Under the pieces are notes generated by a model. That model did no database searches, was not told where the DNA came from, and saw only the letters and a program-made list of their open reading frames with translations. Shown here piece after piece: positions 26,090 through 39,912 of a DNA stretch of 64,000 nucleotides. The stretch is taken from the NCBI RefSeq assembly GCF_018350175.1, contig NC_058368.1, positions 94,242,001 to 94,306,000 on the forward strand, given 5' to 3'. This DNA is from Felis catus (taxonomy: Eukaryota). The translations under genes and the position numbers were made by a program. The first letter of the stretch is position 1, and every line of letters begins with the position of its first letter.

Positions 26090-26935
26090 AGTTGAACTCA
26101 AGAGAAACAGAGAGTGGAATAATGGTTGCCAGGGCCTTGGGAGTAAGGAAATAGAGAGAGGCTGGTAAAGGATATTAGCTTTTAATTATAGGATGAATAA
26201 AGTCTGAGGATATAATGTGTAACATGCTGATTATCGTTGATAATACTGAACAGTATAATTGAAATTCACTAAGACAGTAGATCTTTATTTTGTCTTAAGT
26301 TTATTTTTGAGAGACAGAGACAGAGCATGAGTGCAGAAGGGGCAGAGAGAGAGGAAGACACAGAATATGAAGCAACCTCCAGGCTCTGAGCTGTCAGCAC
26401 AGAGCCTGAGGCGGGGCTTGAACTCATGAACTGTGAGATCATGACCTGAGCTGAAGTCAGATGCTTAACCGACTGAGCCACCCGGGTGCTCCAAGAGGGT
26501 AGATCTTTAAAGTTTATTTATTTATTTTGAGAAAAAGAGAGAGAAAGTGCGCGTGCACAAGTGCGGGAGGGGAAGAGAGAGAGAATCCCAAGCAGATTCC
26601 ACGCTGTCAGCACAGAGCCCAAAAAGGGGGGGCTCCATCCCAGAGATCATCCCAGAGAACCCTGAGATCATGATGTGAGCCGAAATCAAGAGTCGGATGC
26701 TTAACCGACTGAGTCACACAGGTGTCCCTAGGAAGGTAGATCTTTAGTGTTCTCACTCCTCCTCCACCAATCTCATCCAAGAAAAGGCATAGATGTGAAG
26801 TGATGGATGCATTAATTAAATCATGATGGAAATTCCTTCAGTGTATACGTGTATAAAATCAGCACATTGTACACTTTAAGTATATTACAGTTGTATTCAT
26901 CAATTATACCTCAGTAAAATTGAAACAAGTTATTA
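26090..26935 (+). mobile_element. L1MA/MB 3' end with two nested SINEs
   Basis: gaaacagagagtggaataatggttgccagg, ggatgaataaagtctgagga, gtgatggatgcattaatt, tcaattatacctcagtaaa. Confidence 0.8.
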
Positions 26936-27816
26936 ATAGAATGGAAAAAATGGATTAAATGAATCTGCACATTCTTATCTGGGCAAATCACACAGGATAG
27001 ACTGTCCCTGTAAAGCATTTTGCATTCCTTCAGGGGCTGCATGGATTTTCCTACCTCAGTCAAGTTTCCCTTCGGGCTCTATTCTGATGGTGGTGCCATT
27101 CAGCCTGATAAGAGAATTAATCGAAGGCAGGTCAATTCACACATTCTATTTTCCTAAGAAACTCCCCCAAATCAAACTTAATTTTATCTTCCCAGGATAT
27201 GTTTCTTCCTGACTTGTCAGACCCTTCTCCCCGGAGCCTGGTAGAGCGTTCAGTTGTCTCTGATTACTTGCTTCCTCCAGCCAGTCCACAACCAAGTCCT
27301 GAGCCTTCAGCCTGAACAATGGCTCCTCTGTCCCTTGCATCCTGTCCATTTTGGTGGCCAACTCTTGATCCAGACCTCCCCATCAGGGCCCTCTGAAATG
27401 ACATTTCTACCTTCACTTCTGTCCTTCCCACAACCCAACTCACACCAAGAACCAGGTCAAATTTCCTGGTACCCAGCTCTGATCACATAACTGTTCCATT
27501 TGAATCACTCTCCATTGCTTTCAGTATTATGCCCGAAGCCCTCAGCCTCTGCCCACTGCTTTTTCCCTCTGCCTTCCACTCCCACCCTGCCCTGTAGTCA
27601 AATTGTATCCACAATTTTCCTAAAAATGTCTCCTCGAACATATGCAACTCAGAAGGTTGTGAGCCTTGGCTATGGGGTAGCTTTTCTTCTCCCTACTATA
27701 CACTGTCTTCCGTGTCTACCTGTAAAAATCCTTCCTATCCTTTGGGCAAAAGACCTCTCCATTCTGAATTTCCACAGTGCCTGGCTCATATCTTTCATGA
27801 CATAGTTATTAGTTTG

Positions 27817-27820
<4 letters not shown>

Positions 27821-27857
<37 letters not shown>
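27821..27857. repeat. (TG)n microsatellite
   Basis: Direct reading. Confidence 0.95.
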
Positions 27858-27861
<4 letters not shown>

Positions 27862-30800
27862 TACATATTCCTCTTCAGGATGGGGGCCGTGTTCTATTTG
27901 GACTTCCTGCAACTCCCCACACAAAGTCTGGCACCTAAGAGGCGCCGATAGATGTCCATTGAATAAATGAATAAGTGAATTCATTTGTTGGATTGGATTT
28001 TGCCAAAGCAGACTTGCTTTGTGCAATTTATTTAATCAGAAGTTTAGTTTCCTATAGGGTTCCTTGAAATTTGAGCAAAGCTTACTGCATTATAAAGTTT
28101 TCATTTATAAATAAGCAGAGTTTTTACATACAGGTGGTAGCTCTATAATTTTTTTTTTCTATTGATGGCAATCTGAACAGCCACCTTAGGGGTACCTATG
28201 ATGATATGTCCTACTGGCCAGGAGATGATTAGAGTGGTGTGAGCACACGTTAGTCCAGGGTTTGGTGAGTGCCTGTGACTTCCAGGCTGTGTTCTGGAGA
28301 GAAAATGTCTGATGTGGAGGACAGAGCATTTCCCAGCAGACCATGATGCCAACCATCTGGGGCAGGCGGCATTTGTGTCTTCCCACATGTCCAGAGATAT
28401 TTGTTTGTACTGCACTGTCCTTATTTATACACACGAATGGGAAGGATACTTACTGATTCTTCAATTAATGGAAGTCGTTAATCCTTTCAGTACTTCAATC
28501 CCTTTGGCCCAAGAACTTTGTCTGCTCCTGCCACATTACAGGCGCCTGACCCTTTCTGGTTAGCACGTTAATGGCTGAACATGGTCACTGCTGCCCAACC
28601 TGGGAGGAGCAAACCTCCCTTGTTTGCTGCTCTCGTTGCTGGGGTGATAGCACATTGTCCTGGAACAGAGAGAAAGAACTCAAAGGGATTATCTTATCTT
28701 ATTTTGAGATGATATGATGCCTTTCAGGGGAACTGTACCTTTCAAATGCTCTGGCAGTCCTCTGCACAGTCTGTTGTCATTGTCCATACCACAACTTGTA
28801 GATAGTTTATCAGGGGCATCACTGTGATGGGGGTAACAGGGAGGGGGAGACGTAACTCTGGTAGAGACGGAGCAGAATTGGATGGACCATTGTCCTTGGA
28901 TAATTAGGCTTAAGTGACTCTTTTATACAATTTTTTTCTTTTAATGTTTTTACTTATTTTTGGGATTGTGCACATGCGAGCGGTGGAGGGGCGGGGACAG
29001 AGGATCTGAATCAGGATCTGTGTTGATAGCAGCTAGCCTGATGCGAGGCTTGAACTCACAAACTGCAAGATCATGACCTGAGCCGGAGTCGGATGCTTAA
29101 CCGACTGAGCCACCCAGGTGTCCCCAGACTTAAGTGACTCGAGTTGATTCTCTGGTAAGCACTGATTGCCATAATGCTCGTATCACCCACTCACACCTCT
29201 GGCTCTTATAAAACATGCTTCCCAGAAGTGAATCCTTTCTCCCCAGTTTAATAAAACTGGGCATGGCATGGGACCAAAAAAAAAAAAAAATCCTACAGAG
29301 AAGGATTTGTGTCATGGATTCCATCCAGGGTTTCTGGAATCATAGACACCAGAGATCAAAGGGACTCTTTAAAGACCTCTTTAAATCCTGTGGATTAAAA
29401 AATAAAAACAGCAGTGGGGTCTCTTTCCAGACCAAACAAAACCATTATTAGAATTCCTAGATATAGAGTAAAAATTCAAAGCCAAGCTGGTTTGATTGTT
29501 GGAGGAGTTGGGTGTTGTATGTGTGGGGGCATGTGTGTGATGGGAGGATGTGCTTTATTCCAGACTATCAGTCTATCCTTTGCCCCTCATTAAATCTTTG
29601 AGTCTGGGGAAAATATAGATACCCTAGGGTTCTGTGGAGCTCAGTATGAAAAAACTCCTTTCAATGAAAGATGGGGAAACCAAGGCCCAAAGAAATTAGA
29701 AGCCTAATATTCCAGTATAAGCTGATAGCAGAGCAGAGTTAGAACCCAGGTCTCCTAAGTGTTCGTTCTGTTCCTCCTAGAATAGGTCTGTTATTGGCAG
29801 AGGCTGGGAAACAAAGTCAAAGGAAACTCACTCAGACTGAACTTCAGAAGAGTTACTAAGAAATAGTTTAGGCCTGGGGCGCCTGGGTGGCTCACCCCGT
29901 TAAGCAACCAGCTCTTGATTTCACCTCAGGTCGTGATCTCATGGTTTGTGAGATCAATTCTCTCTCTCTTCCTCTCTCTGCCCCAACCCCACTTGTGCAC
30001 ACACACTCTCTCTCCCAAAATAAACAAATAAACTTAAAAAAAGGGTTGAGGCATATGCGTTCTAGCACAAGTCTCAAAGATAGTGATGTGAGCGGGTGTT
30101 TCTCTAAGTGTGTTCTGTACATCTTCTGCACCAGAATACCCTGGGGTTGCTGGGGAAATTGTTCCAAGTGTCGTGGTCCTGACTCCTGCCCCGAAGGATT
30201 GGATCCTCTAGGGATATGGGTCCAGGACACTACATACATTTTTCCACAAGCTTCCCCAGTGGATTCTGACACTTGACTACTGCATAATCCATCCCTTCAA
30301 GAGCCACCTTCATACCAATGGGGGCAGAGTGCAGCACATAGTGGGATGTGTCACCTGCACGCCACTTCTTGTAGCTGCTGCTACTTGGTTTCTGACTTTT
30401 TTCAGAGACATAAAGAGAGAGATAGATCATGTAAGCAGGGGGAGGGGGAGAGGGAGAGAGAGAGAATCCCAGTCGGACTCTGTGCTCCTCACAGAGCCCA
30501 ACACAGGGCTTGATCCCATGACCCTGGGATCATGAGCTGAGCTGAAATCAAGAGTCAGATGCTCAACCAACTGAGCCTCCCAGGCTCCTCTCCTATTTCT
30601 GACTTTTAAAGGACCTTTAGGGGCACCTGGGTGGCTCAGTTGGTGTGTCTGACTTCCGCTCAGGTCATGATCTCACGTTTGTGAGCTCGAGCCCCACATC
30701 TGGTTCTGTGCTGACAGCTCAGAGCCTGGAGCCTGCTTTGGATTCTGTGTCTCTCCCTGTCTCTGCCCCTCCCATGCTCATGCTCTGTCTCTCTCTGTCT

Positions 30801-33800
30801 CTCAATAATAAATGTTAAAAAAAAATTAAAAACAAATAAAAGTACCTTTGGTAATCCGGGAGGGAGGCAGAGTGGTCCCAAATTTCCTGTTCTCACAGTT
30901 CTCACAGTTGCTTTAGCTGGACGAGCTTGGTAACTGTTTCCACACTTCCTCCAATAGTGTCCTTGAAGAAACAGTGATCTGACCTTCAGCTGAGGAGGTC
31001 CTTTTTGGTGAAGTAAGGTTGTTGGTACAAGAAGGCATTTTCCAGCTCTTGCTACCACTGTTTTCTGCTGCTGTGGCCTGGCTGGCTTCCAGCACTCCCC
31101 CTCTTTGTGCAGTGAATCAGGAAACCAAGTGAGAAGGACATTCCCATATGGGTGCTCAGGATACAGGAAATGATTGGCTCTTTCAAATTGATATTTAAAT
31201 CACAGATGGCGGTTCCTGGCTGGCTCAGTTGGTTAAGCATCTAACTCTTGATCGGGGTTCAGGTCCTGATCTCACGGTCCAAGGGTTCAGGCCCTGCATT
31301 GGGCTCAGGGTTGACAGCACAGAGCATGCTTGGGATCCTCTCTCTCTGCCACTCCCCAGCTCGCTTGCTTTCTCTCTCTCAAAATAAAAAATAAACATTA
31401 AAAATCAATCAATCAATCACATATGGAAACAGCACAAACAGACCACCCACTATTAGCAACCAAGAACATGCTAACTACCATCCTACTGTGGTTTTGTGAC
31501 TACACTCTAGGCTGGCATCCCCCACCCTGGCTTCTCTCCAGTGGGCTCTAGGAATGAGAAAAGGAGGAAAGGGAGCGAAAAAAATGGGACAGCAGCTGTT
31601 GTCACCAAGCGTGAGGAGAACACATGTAAGGAAACAAACCTTTGCCTCAAAGGCTCATAGCATGGCAGCTGGCATGTGAATACGCCAAGGTTCAGAATCC
31701 AGAATCATACAGAATCATTCTGAGTCATCCCACAATACTGGAATTATAGGAAGAATCAGGAGACCCCGTTGTAACATAATATGATTTCCTGTTTCATGAG
31801 GCTTCAGCTACCATCCTCCCTATGGATTGCACTGTTGCAAAAAAAATGGGAACATGCAATCTTCTCTAATTTTTTTCATTTAACATCACTTTTCATGTTG
31901 TCTTTGAGCAGACAGTGAATTATATACCTGCCTGAGTTGGAGCTTGCTTTTTCTGTGGAGTGATATGTACTTGTTTCTTTTTATATGTATATAATTGTAT
32001 GTATGTATGTATGTATGTATGTATGTACTTTTGAGAGAGAACACAGACAGCAGAGGAGCAGAGGGAGAAGGAGAGACAAAATCTTAAGCAGACTCCATGC
32101 TCAGCACAGAGCCCATCATGGGGCTTGATCTCAGAATCATGAGATCATGAACTGAGCCAAAATCGAGTCAGATGCTTAACTGCCTGAGTTATGCAAGAGC
32201 CTATGTCAGTTTCTTATAGTATGATTTCCCCAACTGTGATATACACCTATTGATATATGTGAAATTATTTTTTATTTAAAAAAATGTTTATTTATTTATT
32301 TTGAGAGAGAGAGAGAACAAGCAGAGGAGGGGCAAAGAGAGGGAGAGACAGAATCCCAAGCAGTCTCTGAACTGTGAGCGCATAGCTAAACGTGGGGCTC
32401 AATCTCACCAACTGGGAGATCGTGACCTGTGCCGAAATCAAGAGTCAAGTGCTTAAATGACTGAGCCACCCAGGCGCCCCATGTGTAATTATTTTAAGTG
32501 GTACATGGACAATTTTTAATAGTTGAGTGCTTATTTTAATGCATGTTGGAAAAATACATAATTGGAAATCAAACCCATGATTTCATGGAGTGTTTGCTTA
32601 GGACAAGGCTAAAGTAGCAAAAAATCAAAGAAACATAAATATTTAATAATAACGTGGTGAGACGTAGGACATTCACATTTCAGCATGGAAGTGTTTTTCC
32701 CCACCCCTCATTCTGCCAGCAGGAGGCGGGGAGTGGTCTGATTGGTCAGTTTGGGAAAAGGAACTGGCATGCTCACTTAGCCACTTTCTCAGTGTTAGAG
32801 ACTTCCCTGCCTTGCAACAAGGGATTTATGATGAGGTGGGGGAGTGGTCTGCAGTTATTACTGCTGGGCCAGTGCCTAGGGGTGATTTACCATGTCAAAC
32901 TGAGGAGTAAGATACTAGCAAACCCACCTGGCCATAGTTTGGAAGCCATGTTTACCAATCAACATGCCAGTAACAAAATTGATATTTTCCAACTCTATGT
33001 GTCTGAGTCCTAAGAATATCTCTGGACTTGTTTGTTCCAAACTCAGGGCCCCTGAAACTCCCACAATGTGTGCAGCTCTAAAAGGAATCTCAGAAATAGT
33101 GGAGTGTGAATGCTATGAGGGAAATAAATATGGAAGTCAGTCACTATCAGTATCTGAAATCCACTGACATGTTCTAGTTATTATGGCTGGGTAACAAATT
33201 ACCCCAAAGTGTAATGGTATAAAGCCACTGTTTACTATGCAAATGATTATGATGGTCATGAATTCCAACAGGGCACAGAGAGGGTGCTTTTTCTTTGCTC
33301 TATGATACCTGGAATCATCTGAGAGCTTAGTCTATGATATATACAGCTGCTTGGCCAGGTGGCCTGCCTCTTTGGGGACACTGCTCGGTAATAAGCCCAC
33401 AGAAGCTCTGGCCAGCTTGCAACTGTAACCTTCGATCATCATGTTTCTATTAATATTCTTATGAAGAAGAGTCCAGACCCCACCAGTATGATCTTGGGCC
33501 CTAGTCCTTGCAAAGCAAGCCCCAGGCATGTTTGAGACTGTGCAGGATGCCGTCTCTTGTGTGTACAACAAGCCCCCTTGTTGCTTTCCTTGCCGCCTTC
33601 CCTAATGCTGTCGCCAACGATTTCCGGGGGTGACTGGTCTTTGGGCTCATCACTGTGTCCCCAACTCTGGCCTCAAGGAGGAGACATCATGGCCCCTTTG
33701 TGGATCCAACTCAAACCTTCCCTTGATCCCTCACAATCCCACAAAGACTAAGCTGAAATGAAAACAGCATCTCTCAGGGGTTGAGCACAGTCTATACAAC

Positions 33801-34611
33801 ACACAGCCTCATAGTCCTGCTGGACATGGCTTCTCTGAGGCCTCAGATCTGCTCTGGGATTTCTCAAAGCGCTGCCTCCTGCCTCCACCTGGAGGGGATA
33901 GCCCTGCCCCTGCTACAAAACCCCAGATTTATACCACATTTTGCAACCATCTGCTGGGGAAAAGGAGAGACTTTTTCACCCCCTTCCAGTCTGTAGCCCA
34001 CCTCCTCTTTCCTTCAACCAGAATCTGCCTCTTCCCAGAATGACACTCCCCTTCGGGGAAAGCCTGCCCCAACCTATCCTCCACCCCCTATATCTGGGTA
34101 TGACTGGCCCTCTGGCTGCAGCAGGACACTCAAAACAGAAAACGATCCAACAGCAATGCTTACTGAAGTTGGACTCATTGGTTTTGAACAACACCAAGAG
34201 AGAATCGCTTGCAGGATTATTCCAAGCCAGTCCAGGGCCTTCCCAAGTCTCTTCTGCAGAGTGAGGGGACCCTGAAGCTATCTTGTGTCCTCCTACAAAT
34301 CTCTGCAACTAGTCTTCTGTGGGCCAAAGTGTGACCACACACCCGACCCATCCAGAGAGAAGATCCCTTTGTTCCAAAGTAACAACAAAGTCTGTGGAGA
34401 GACATACATCCAATTCATATGATCACCCAGAGCATTTGGCTTATTTATCTCAACATTGGTGTAGAGATAAACAATGACATCACAGTTTTCCCAAAAGGAA
34501 GGGGTGGGGCCCCTTGATTCCTTGATTTATATTTATGTTACTCCAAGATAGAAAATATTTTCCAAGAACAAAGCATTAGTGTTTCCTAAAAGTAATTCAG
34601 AAGGTGCTTGC

Positions 34612-35347
34612 CAGCACTGTTGACAACAGCCAAATATGGAAAGAGCCCAAATGTCCATCAATAGATGAATGGATAAAGAAGAAGTGGTATATATATACAA
34701 TGGAGTATTACTCGCCAATTGAAAAGAATGAAATCTTGCCATTTGCAACCAAGTGAATGGAACTAGAGGGTATTATGTTAAGCGAAATTAGTCAGAGAAA
34801 GACAAAAATCATATGACTTCACCCATATGAGGACTTTAAGAGACAAACCAGATGAACATAAGGGAAGGGAAGCAAAAATAATATAAAAACAAGGAGGAGG
34901 ACAAAACATAAGAGACTCTTAAATACAGAGAACATGGGGCGCCTGGGTGGTTTAGTCGGATTAGGCATCCGACTTCAGCTCAGGTCACAATCTCGCAGTC
35001 CATGAGTTTGAGCCCTGTGTCGGGCTCTGGGCTGATGGCTCAGAGCCTGGAGCCTGCTTAGGATTCTGTGTCTCCCTCTCTCTCCGCCCCTCCCCCGTTC
35101 ATGCTCTGTCTCTCTCTGTCTCAAAAATAAATAAACGTTAAAAAAAAATACAGAGAACAAATTAAGGGCTGCTAAAGGGGTTGTGGGGGGGGGGATTGAC
35201 TAAATGGGCAAGGGGCATTAAGGAGGACACTTGTTGGGATGAGCACTGGGTGTTATACGCAGGGGATGAATCACTGGCATCTACTCCTGAAATCACTATT
35301 GCACTATATGCTAACTAACTTGGATGTAAATGAAAAAAATAAAAAAA
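34612..35347 (+). mobile_element. 5'-truncated carnivore L1 (3' end) with a nested SINE
   Basis: ORF2-end and 3'UTR sequence with A tail; TSD agaaggtgcttgc (34599-34611 / 35348-35360); SINE at about 34935-35146 flanked by aaatacagagaaca. Confidence 0.92.
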
Positions 35348-35591
35348 AGAAGGTGCTTGCAACTCTCAATCATACTCCCCCCCCTTTTTTTTGTCATCCA
35401 CGTTTCTAAAAATACTAGGGCATCCCATAACACTTACTTATCTCCTACCTGAGAAAAATGTGGAGGCTTCCCTGTGTCATGTATGTTTAAAGGAAGTACT
35501 TCACTTTTGTGTGTGTTGATGACAATGATGCACATTTGGAACCTTTGGTAAGTGCCTGTTGCCTGCCAAGGACCAAGAATGACTAATTTCT

Positions 35592-36216
35592 TTATTTTAT
35601 TTTCTTTATTTATTTTTAAATTTACATCCAAGTTAGCATATAGTGCAACAATGATTTCAGGAGTAGATTCCTTCGTGCCCCTTACCCATTTGGCCCATCC
35701 CCCCTCCCACCACCCCTCCCGTAACCCTCTGTTTGTTCTCCATATTTAAGAGTCTCTTCTGTTTTGTCCCACTCCCTGTTTTTATATTATTCTTGTTCCC
35801 CTTCCCTTATGTTCATCTGTTTTGTCTCTTAATGTCCTCATATGAGTGAAGTCCTATGATATTTGTCTTTCTCTGACTAATTTCACTTAGCATAATACCC
35901 TCTAGTTTCATTCACTTGGTTGCAAATGGCAAGATTTCATTCTTTTTGATTGCCGAGTAAAACTCCATTGTATATACATATCACATCTTCTTTATTGTTC
36001 ATCCATCGATGGACATTTGAGCTCTTTCCATACTTTGGATATTGTAGATAGTGCTGCTATAAACATTGGGGTGCACGTGTCCCTTTGAAACAGCATACCT
36101 GTATCCCTTGGATAAATACCTAGTAGTGCAATTGCTGGGTCGTAGGGTAGTTCTGTTTTTAGTTTTTTGAGGAACCTCCATACTGTTTTCCAGAATGGCT
36201 GCACCAGCTTGCATTC
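35592..36216 (-). mobile_element. 5'-truncated carnivore L1 (3' end)
   Basis: Encodes ORF2p C-terminus fragment WECKLVQPFWKTVWRFLKKLKTELPYDPAIALLGIYP; flanking repeat ccaagaatgactaatttct (35573-35591 / 36217-36235). Confidence 0.93.
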
Positions 36217-37121
36217 CCAAGAATGACTAATTTCTAAGCTGCCGTAATGTAAGACGCATATTTGCAGAAGGAGGCCAAACAAAGTGTATCTCTCAGCTAG
36301 CTCCACAGCTTGCAACGGGCTCACCTCATCCCTGAATGACACTGACCTCTGTATTCTTACACCACCTGTCTGTGCCCTTTTGCTCCAGACTTGAACTTAT
36401 TTTGAATTAGAAAGCAAAGTGTTTTTAGCAGATTCTTGCCCTGGGGTCCAGTGGAGGGCAAATCAATGAATCTGATCCCAGCTTACAGAAAATCCCTTTT
36501 CGAGCTCAGCGTTGGCTTCAGCAGCCAGGATCTTATCCAACGTTGAAAGCGTTTTATATTTCCGTAAGTCAAATTTAATTCCACCTCTTGGCCAATATCC
36601 TGCCAGGCTTTTCGTTTTTATTGGAGGGAGTGCCTTCCCCCTCTCACGATTATACTGGAATGCAAGTAGGTGCAGGCTGAGAAAATAAGTGTCTCTGGGA
36701 TCCAGTTCATCTTTGTTGTGACTGATAGGCTTAGTGTTTAAATCTGTATGGTTCCTGGAAAGACCTGCTTTGTGCCACAGCTGGGGGCACTAGTCCCTAG
36801 AGTCTGACCTGCTTTTATTTAAAAAAAATTTTTTTTAATGTTTATTACTTTTGAGAGAGAGGGTTCTCTCAGAACTAATGGGAGAGGGTTCTGCTCCCAT
36901 GGGAGCAGGTGAGGGGCAGAAAGAGAGGGAGATACAGAATCCAAAGCAGGCTCCAGGCTCTGAGCTGTCAGCATAGAGCCAGACACGGGGCTTGAACCCA
37001 TGAACCATGAGATCATGACCTGAGCGAAGTCAGACACTCAACCGGTTGAGCCACCCAGGCGCCCCTAAGAGTCTGACCTTCTTAGGTGCACCAGAAATCT
37101 GCTCTTTTTGGAAATACTTCT

Positions 37122-37307
37122 TCTTCTTTTTTTTTTTTTTAATGAAATTTATTGTCAAACTGGTTTCCACACAATACCCAGTGCTCATCCCAGCAGGTGC
37201 CCTCCTCAATGCCCATCACCCACTTTCCTCTCCCTCCCACCAACCCTCAGTTTATTCTCAGTTTTTAAGAGTCTCTTATGGTTTGGCTCCCTCCCTCTCT
37301 AACTTTA
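37122..37307 (-). mobile_element. Very short L1 3' end insertion
   Basis: T tail, acccagtgctcatccc, taagagtctctta; TSD tggaaatacttct (37109-37121 / 37308-37320). Confidence 0.85.
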
Positions 37308-37625
37308 TGGAAATACTTCTGAGAAAGGAGTCACAGGTCCTACTAAAAAAAAACCATGTCCTTTTCTATTCAGCTAGTATCCGCAAAGACTTCTAAGAGC
37401 CTGCCTACCCACCCCCCCGGAACATCCACCATAATCTCCTCAATCAGTTTAGGCTTTAGGGGGGAGAAAAAGACCAGGAGGAAAGGTTGTTCAGAAGCCA
37501 CGTGCTGGGGCGCCTGGGTGGCTCAGCTGGTTGAGCATCCAACTTCAGCTCAGGTCAGGATCTCATGGTTCATGAGTTCGAGCTCTACATCAGGCTTGCT
37601 GCTGTCAGTGTGGAGCCTGCTTAGG

Positions 37626-37665
<40 letters not shown>

Positions 37666-39912
37666 CCTCCCCCACTCTCATGCTCTCTCTAGAAAATGAA
37701 CATTTAAAAAAAAAAAAAAGAAGCCACTTCTTTACATCCCGAGGCAAGAGTTTTCAAGGGCCACTACTCTCTTGGAATGAGGGAAGGAAAATACAAGCAG
37801 AAAAAAAGCCAGTGCCTGATATTCTTTCTGATTTCTGTAAAGCAGCCTAAGCAAGATACAAACAAATATTCTTTAAAAAAAATTGTCTTGCTCAGTACAA
37901 GGAGAATAAGCTGGGGCCCACAGAATCAGGTTCTGTCCAGCCCTCGGGAGTCTATTATCTGGTAGTAGATCAAACACAAATTCCTGCGGCAGAACAGAAC
38001 GTGCAAACAGCTGCAAGAAAGTGAAAATGAAATTCTATGGAATCCCAGAGATGGAGAGATTCCCTCCCATGGGGGTAGCTTATGAAAGACATGGTACTTG
38101 AGCTGGGGAAGTATCACCTTGAGAGGAGTTGCTATTTCTACCAGAAGGCAGGGTACTGGGGCAAGGTGCGTTTCAGGAAGGAGATGGGAGAACAGAGCCA
38201 GTGAGGTAGGAAACTGTGATTTGGCCAAAGCTCAGGAATGCCTAAGATCTGAATGGAAAACCTGGCTCTGTTGTGAGCTGGGGGGCGGGGGAGTGAAGTG
38301 TGGTCACAACAGGAGCTGGGATGTGGTTCTAACAGACTTTACTGTGGTTCCGGTCTGGGAATGAATGTTACAAGAGTGATCTGGTCAATTCACAATGGCG
38401 GCGAAAAGACTCCCAACTCCCTAGCCTTATTTTATGTAGACTGGGGAGTAGATGGAATGGGGTTGCTGCTAGGACAGCAGGATCTGCCAACTCCTGATAA
38501 GTCCTGAACAGAAATGCCTGTCGCCAACCTCTGAGTGACTTTTGGCAGTCCTTTTTAACGTAGGAGGTATTTGATACCTTGTTTTCAGCCTTAAGACTTC
38601 ACTAGATTCTGGGACGATGGAAAATTACAAAATGTGGTAATTCTAGTGGAAAAATTTTGATATGGGCTTGATGGAGGATATTTAGATATTGGAGTTTTCT
38701 TTAAAAAAAATAAGTTTATTTACTTATTTTTGAGAGGGGGGGGGAAGGGCAGAGAGAGAAGGATAGAGAGGATCCCCAGAAGGAAGCACAGAACCTGAGG
38801 TGGGGCTCAAACCCATGAACGGTGAGATCATGACCTGAGCCAAAACCAGGAGTTGGACACTTAACCAACTGAGCCACCCAGGCGCCCCTGGATATTGGAG
38901 CTTTCTTTGGAAAATACCCGTTGAGTCGATCTGTAAAGTCTTCTGTCTTTGGAGCGATGGAGTGTTATTTATAAGTTTCACCAGTAAAAGAAGAGAAAGA
39001 AAAACAATTAGTCTTGCATTGTTTAAAATGGTGTTATCAGGGGTAAAAAAGGTGATGATTTAGTTGCTGTGATCTTTCATTCTGCACCCTTGGTTCCTTG
39101 ATTTATATTTATGTTACTCCATATTCATTTATTCATTAATTCAACACATACCTATCGGGCTCCTATGTAATGGACATCTGTTGATTTTCTGCTTACCTAC
39201 CGTATATAGTCTCCTCTTTCTTCTTTCTTCTCATAGCGGAATTCTAATTTTCCTCGGTGACCCCAACACCCACACCAAGCTGTTTGATTTGGTGGACCTT
39301 GTTCCAGCCTTGACTCCAGAGGCAAACACATGACTCAGGCCAGGGCAGAGATCACACCCTGCTGGCCGCAGCAAATGGGTCAGGGATGGGCGTGTGATGT
39401 AATCAGAGTCCATATACCTACATTCCTTAACTTCTATCGAGAGATTGTGAAGAAATAACCCCTAATCCTACCAAAATTGAAATGGAAGTTGTGAATCTGG
39501 AGATATTAATCCCACAAGGGTAGACTTTAGAGTCAAAAAATATGGAGACCAAGATAGAGTCCTAAAAATCAGTTTGGATCCCTTGATACAGCCTTGCCTG
39601 AATTACATGAGCTTGTTTTGTTCAAGTCGGTTTGAGTTACATTTTGTCAATTGCATTTGAGCGAGTCTTCATCAAAATAATGTGGAATCCTGGTCTGGTG
39701 CCATGTGGTAGAACTAACATAAAAGTGACATAACCTTAAGAATTATAACCTGTACCCTGTCACATAAGTAAGAATAAAGCACAACCCGGTCCCAACCTTT
39801 GCTACGACATGAGAACTCATTGGATCCACTTGGGGAAAAAAAGACTCTTAACTGACCCATCCAGACTGAGTGCCTCATGAGTGTTTTTTTTTTTTTTTAA
39901 ACTACAACGTCT

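Noticed and set aside
33330..34420. Cluster of 60-110 aa ORFs in GC-moderate unassigned DNA
   Set aside because: No recognisable homology or consistent exon structure by eye; cannot support a gene or pseudogene without a search.
35992..36342. 116-aa ORF with a recognisable protein motif
   Set aside because: L1 ORF2p C-terminal fragment from a 5'-truncated insertion.
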